Assembly: GCA_039030515.1 (NCBI GenBank)
Contig: JBCCEA010000007.1
Coordinates: 70,920-134,919, forward strand
Length of the DNA: 64,000 bases
Source: Myxococcota bacterium
GTDB lineage: Bacteria; Myxococcota_A; Polyangia; Polyangiales; Houyiibacteriaceae
Reading direction: 5' to 3'
Positions 59,577 to 64,000 of the stretch are shown here, piece after piece. The notes under the pieces were generated by a model. That model made no database searches. It was not told the DNA's origin and worked only from the letters and a program-made list of their open reading frames with translations. Both the position numbers and the translations under genes were made by a program. Position 1 is the stretch's first letter, and every line of letters begins with the position of its first letter.

Positions 59577-61238
59577 ATGAGGGACTGCACGCGTTTACGT
59601 GGGACCAAAACGATCAAGAGCTCGCGCTCGGCAGACCGCGTAATCGGACTTCTGTCTCGTGCTCCGCTACTCATGAGCTGCATCATTTCGGTGCTGCCGG
59701 GCTGTCGTCCCCCACAGGTCGAGCTGGCACCTCCCGGAGTCCCTCGGGTGGAGGTCGAGGTGCAAGACGATAGCGAGCGGGTGTTTCTTCACGTGCCCCG
59801 TTCGCCTGATGGCTTGGGGGAGCGCCAGTTGGTGGTCGATTACGTACCGCTTCGGGCCAGGCTGCACGCGTCTGCCGATGAAGACCTCGAGTACCGTCCC
59901 TTCCTTTTCGAACCCTCGCCGAAATCCACCGCACAGACCCTTGTCTTTGAAGACCGAAGTGCCGTTTCTGGAGTCCGCTATCGATATGTGGTTGCGGCGC
60001 TGGCATCCAAGGAGCGCATGGGATTTGATCGGCCCGGAGCTCTCGCTGTGTTCTCCGAAGCCTCGCCCGTGCTGGTCTTTAACGAGATCGAGACCGAGGC
60101 CGCCTCAAAGAACCGAAGCTCTGATCTTCAGGTGGAGGTACAGGAAGCGCCTGGGGGTGCAGGAGAGGCGGTGGTTCTCTCTATTCGTGAAGAAGGCGCT
60201 TATGATGGTGTTCCCGGAGCAGATGGACTTTCTGGCTCAAGATTTTCGGCGCTCCGCGCACGCGGCGACGGACCGTATCTGCCCTTTCCGGGCGGCTTGA
60301 CCCCCCTTCAGCCGAACCGCGCAGGATGCATCGAAGGCACCTTGGCGGTCCCCGGACCCGGCCAGTATCGCTATCGAGTGTATGTGCTACCCGACCATGG
60401 AGAGGCGGCCGTGGTTGCAACCGTCAGGGTCGACGTAGCGGAACGGTTTTTTAACCCAAAACGTCTCGCTGTGTTCACCGTGTTGCTTTTGATCGCCGGA
60501 TTCACCCTGTTTTTTTTCGTACGCACGAGAAGCCACAAACGGAGCATCTTCATTCGCAGGATTCCAGGTGTGGACGCGATCGAAGAAGCGATCGGTCGTG
60601 CGACAGAGATGGGCAAGCCGGTGCTCTATGTTCCCGGCATCGAGGAAATTCAAAACATCCAGACGATCGCATCGCTGCTCATCTTGGGGAGAGTCGCGGA
60701 GACCGTAGCTGGATACGACTCCGAACTACTGGTTTCTTGCCGGATTCCGTTGGTCGCCACCGTGAGCGAAGAAGTGGTCCGTCAGGGGTTCTTTGACGCG
60801 GGACGCCCGGAATCTCATCGACCACACAATATTCGGTGGATCAGCTCAGAGCAGTTCGCCTTTGTTGCGGGTACGGCCGGCATTATCCTGAGAGAGCAAC
60901 CGGCCACCAACATCTACCTGGGACGGTTCTTCGCAGAGTCTTTGCTGCTCGGCGAGACGGGCTACGTCAACCGCTCCATTCAGATCGCCGGAACCGCCGC
61001 GATTCCTCAGCTGCCGTTTTTTATCGCCTCTTGCGACTATACCTTGATCGGAGAAGAGCTGTTTGCGGTCAGTGCCTACCTGACACGTGAGCCTCGCTTG
61101 CTTTCCTCACTGAAGGCTGCAGACTTTGTGAAAGCAGCGGCTCTGGTTCTGCTGCTCTTGGGGAGTCTGCTCTCGTGCTTTGACCCGCAAGGCCCACTGA
61201 CCCAGGCGGTTCTCGAGTTTCTAAACGTGAGGGATTGA
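59577..61238 (+). CDS. Membrane protein with FN3-like domains and DUF6754-like domain
   Basis: GVRYRYVV and YRYRVYV beta-sandwich patterns, TM, IRRIPGVDAIEEAIGRATEMGKP, DYTLIGEELFAVSAYL, terminal TM. Confidence 0.82.
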   Translation: MRDCTRLRGTKTIKSSRSADRVIGLLSRAPLLMSCIISVLPGCRPPQVELAPPGVPRVEVEVQDDSERVFLHVPRSPDGLGERQLVVDYVPLRARLHASADEDLEYRPFLFEPSPKSTAQTLVFEDRSAVSGVRYRYVVAALASKERMGFDRPGALAVFSEASPVLVFNEIETEAASKNRSSDLQVEVQEAPGGAGEAVVLSIREEGAYDGVPGADGLSGSRFSALRARGDGPYLPFPGGLTPLQPNRAGCIEGTLAVPGPGQYRYRVYVLPDHGEAAVVATVRVDVAERFFNPKRLAVFTVLLLIAGFTLFFFVRTRSHKRSIFIRRIPGVDAIEEAIGRATEMGKPVLYVPGIEEIQNIQTIASLLILGRVAETVAGYDSELLVSCRIPLVATVSEEVVRQGFFDAGRPESHRPHNIRWISSEQFAFVAGTAGIILREQPATNIYLGRFFAESLLLGETGYVNRSIQIAGTAAIPQLPFFIASCDYTLIGEELFAVSAYLTREPRLLSSLKAADFVKAAALVLLLLGSLLSCFDPQGPLTQAVLEFLNVRD

Positions 61239-61241
61239 CCG

Positions 61242-61919
61242 ATGCGTACGGCGATACCGATGGCGGTCACCTTTTTTCTCGGCATCTTCATGATTCTCGA
61301 GTTTTTTATTCCTGCGGGCAGCGTACGTACTGCGGTCTCCCTGTTTCAAGAATGGGGACTTGTGCTCGCCAGCGCTGCCTTTGTTCTCGGCGCGATCAAC
61401 GTGATTCAGGTCAATATCCCGAAGATTCGGCGTCGTGAGCCGGACTGGGAATACAAAGTCGTGCTCTTGATCGCTGCGCTCGCAATGGCGTTTGTGGGCC
61501 TGCTCGGAGGTCGTGAAAAACATACGACTTCAGTGGACTCCACTCTTTTCGAGCTGTCTCAGGCGTATTCAAGAGAGGCCTTCGAGTTTCTCTACCTCCA
61601 CGTGTTTGCTCCGGCGAACTCCACGATGTTCTCGCTGCTCGCGTTCTTCATCGCGTCTGCCGCGTTTCGGGCGTTTCGAGCTAGGAATCTGGAAGCGTCG
61701 CTCATGTTGATCACCGCGGTTGTGGTGATGCTGGGCGTGATCCCCGTTGGCGAGTGGCTTTGGTCCGGGATGCCCGAACTGACCGATTGGATACTCAACT
61801 ACGCGAACAACGCTGGCCGAAGAGCGATCTTGGTCGGCGCCGCGCTCGGTGGCGTTGCGACAGGTCTGCGGGTGATCTTGGGACTCGAGCGCAGTCATTT
61901 GGGAGGAGAGCGTCATTGA
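61242..61919 (+). CDS. Polytopic membrane protein
   Basis: About 6 TMs; STMFSLLAFFIASAAFRAFRARN, RAILVGAALG, RVILGLER. Confidence 0.85.
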   Translation: MRTAIPMAVTFFLGIFMILEFFIPAGSVRTAVSLFQEWGLVLASAAFVLGAINVIQVNIPKIRRREPDWEYKVVLLIAALAMAFVGLLGGREKHTTSVDSTLFELSQAYSREAFEFLYLHVFAPANSTMFSLLAFFIASAAFRAFRARNLEASLMLITAVVVMLGVIPVGEWLWSGMPELTDWILNYANNAGRRAILVGAALGGVATGLRVILGLERSHLGGERH

Positions 61920-62782
61920 TAGCCGAGCTACAGGCGCTGGACCGTCGATGGCTGTTTCTCTCGATGGCGCTTGCGATCGTCCTGCCTCTGCTTTTTCCCA
62001 TAGGCATGGAGTTTTCAGTAAGCCCTATGGTTCGGGCTATTTTTGATGAGGTGGAATCTCTGCCTCCAAAGTCCACCGTGATGATCAGTGTCGACTACGA
62101 TCCGGCGGCGCAGCCCGAACTCGAGCCGTTTACCCGAGGGTTGGTCCGTCACGTACTCAGTCGGGGATGTCGACTCGTGTTCGTGACGCTTTGGGATAAG
62201 GCGCCTCCCATCGTGCTTTCAATTCTGCGTGAAGTGGTCGATGGAGAGTACGTGCGAGGAAGAGGGTATTTCGAAGGCGAACCACACCCCGACTACAGTT
62301 ACGGTGACGACTACGTCTTCCTGGGGTTCAAAGAGGGCAAGCAGATCGTGATCAACGGTATGGGGCAGAACTTCCGGCAAATGTGGCCTACCGACTGGCG
62401 CGGCACCGCACTTGACGACCTTCCCGTCATGGAGTCGATCCAGACCCTGCGGGATTTTCGTCTGATCGTTTCTTCGGGTGCAGGCGCTCCTGGGCCGCGC
62501 GAGTACGTGCAACAGGTAGTCGCCCGTCATGGACTTCGATTTGCCGCAGCGTCCACGGCAGTGAGCGTGACCGACCTAACGCCGTACTACCCCAACCAAA
62601 TCTTCGGTCTGGTCGGGGGCATGCGAGGTTCTGCGGAGTATGAACAGCTCTTGGGGTACGCGGGTCAAGGCACTGCGGGGCTTAACGTACTGACCTTTGG
62701 CCAGCTCCTGACGATCGGAGCGATTTTGCTCGGCAATGTACTTTACTTCCTTGGTCTGCTGAGGGCGCGACGGCGAAGATGA
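61916..62782 (+). CDS. Membrane-anchored alpha/beta protein
   Basis: GGAGGAG then TTG overlapping the upstream TGA; DRRW-TM, YGDDYVFLGF, GMRGSAEYE, terminal TM. Confidence 0.82.
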   Translation: MIAELQALDRRWLFLSMALAIVLPLLFPIGMEFSVSPMVRAIFDEVESLPPKSTVMISVDYDPAAQPELEPFTRGLVRHVLSRGCRLVFVTLWDKAPPIVLSILREVVDGEYVRGRGYFEGEPHPDYSYGDDYVFLGFKEGKQIVINGMGQNFRQMWPTDWRGTALDDLPVMESIQTLRDFRLIVSSGAGAPGPREYVQQVVARHGLRFAAASTAVSVTDLTPYYPNQIFGLVGGMRGSAEYEQLLGYAGQGTAGLNVLTFGQLLTIGAILLGNVLYFLGLLRARRRR

Positions 62783-63600
62783 GTGTGTCTACCTCAGACG
62801 TGATCGGTCACTGGATCGGTATCTTCGTGACCCTGGCTATCTTTAGCTACCTCTATGCCGACAACGTATTCTACAAGTTCGTCGAGCACGTCTTTGTCGG
62901 GATCTCGATCGGTTATGTGCTGGTGATCCAGTACTACGAAGTCCTCAAGCCGAATCTCATCGACCGTTTGCTCGATCCAACGCTCGGAACGGCGCGGGCA
63001 GTCTACTTAACGCCTCTGATTCTGGTGGTGTTTTTATTTCTGCGCTTGTCTCGAAAGTTTGGATGGCTCGGCAGGATCGCGATCGCGTTCGTTATCGGGA
63101 CGTATGCGGGGATTGAGGTGCCGGCTGTCGCCAACAGCGACCTCGTGGAGCAGTTGGCGTCGACGGTGGGCGCGGTTCATCAATACTCCCTGCGCATATC
63201 GAGCTCGGGGCAGAGCGTGACCTCAGCCGTGATGGCGACCTGGACCGATGCACTCGGATGCTTTGTGCTCGTCTTTGGTATGGCGGCCGCACTCGTCTAT
63301 TTCTTCTTTTCCATCGAACACCGAGGTGTGGTGGGCGGCGTCGCGAAGGCCGGCGTGTGGGTCTTGATGGTCGGATTTGGTGCCGCTTTCGGGTATACGG
63401 TGCAGGGCCGCATCAGCTTGGCGATTGGCAGAGCGATGTACTGTCTCGGGACGAACCAGTCTCCAGAGCAGGCGATTCACTATAAGAGCAAGATGGTTTC
63501 ACTCATCCTCGTGGTGGTGATGCTCGGCGTAATTTTGTTGCTCGAGCAAAGAAAGAAGCGCGAGGAGTCTCAGCCTACAATCGGCGCAGACAATTCGTAA
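62779..63600 (+). CDS. Polytopic membrane protein
   Basis: ATGA overlap; TLAIFSYLYADN..EHVFVG, YFFFS, MVGFGAAFGYTVQGR; about 7 TMs. Confidence 0.85.
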   Translation: MSVSTSDVIGHWIGIFVTLAIFSYLYADNVFYKFVEHVFVGISIGYVLVIQYYEVLKPNLIDRLLDPTLGTARAVYLTPLILVVFLFLRLSRKFGWLGRIAIAFVIGTYAGIEVPAVANSDLVEQLASTVGAVHQYSLRISSSGQSVTSAVMATWTDALGCFVLVFGMAAALVYFFFSIEHRGVVGGVAKAGVWVLMVGFGAAFGYTVQGRISLAIGRAMYCLGTNQSPEQAIHYKSKMVSLILVVVMLGVILLLEQRKKREESQPTIGADNS

Positions 63601-63619
63601 ACCGACCAGTTCAAAGCAG

Positions 63620-64000
63620 AAAGCCGCTACTTCGAACGTCGAGCATCTTCGGTCAGCAGCCGTTCAGGCCTAGCGACCACCACACCCCAGGGGGCCTAGG
63701 TTGTTCGAAACAGGGAGCGCCCCCGACCAGCGCGTCTCGATGGGTTTGAACGCCCAGCGCCCCGCACGCGCAGGCGTGAAGGAGTATTTACGATACTTCG
63801 AACGTCGAGCATGGGAGGTAAGCAGGCGTTCAGGCCTAGCGAGGCGTGCAGTAGCGCAGGAGCGAAGGCGTACTTAGAGTACGTTGAGCTTTGAGCATCG
63901 AAGGTAAGCGGCTCTATGGCGTGCGTTTGTCGTAAACCCCCGCGGCCGTTCAGGGGCGTCAGAAAGCCAGCGCCCCCGCAGTGAGGAGGAGGAGGGTACA
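63620..64000. repeat. Intergenic modular palindromic repeat cluster, locus C (runs off the window)
   Basis: 63716-63786 is nearly identical to 25002-25072; same hairpin units. Confidence 0.88.

Overview
About 60% GC (by eye) chromosomal window, very probably from a myxobacterium (Myxococcota, Polyangia-like). The evidence is MYXO-CTERM-type tails, Myxococcus Cys-rich repeats, a TIGR02266-type PilZ protein and an FrzS-like pseudo-receiver. Housekeeping content: tRNA-Lys, tRNA-Glu, dnaE, pilD, proBA-rsfS-rlmH, comF-like, smpB, the prfB (+1 frameshift)-lysS-lolE-lolD-bamA-skp-tolC-like operon, tatA and an ECF sigma/anti-sigma pair. Four regions stand out. (1) A tightly coupled six-gene operon at 56.5-63.6 kb encoding an orphan GlmL/MutL-type ASKHA ATPase, a soluble partner and four membrane proteins (one DUF6754-like), with no B12 mutase in view; this is the best candidate for an undescribed membrane machine. 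(2) A surface-protein locus at 8-18.4 kb where two large anchored proteins carry the same CxxCH temptin-like tip domain on different Ca-binding stalks (8 acidic Cys repeats versus 23 fibrillin-type EGF repeats), divergent from a diheme lipoprotein. (3) A modular intergenic palindromic repeat family at three loci, with compensatory stem changes. (4) A KamA-linked, apparently frameshifted amidoligase-like gene. All family assignments come from motif recognition by eye, not from database searches.
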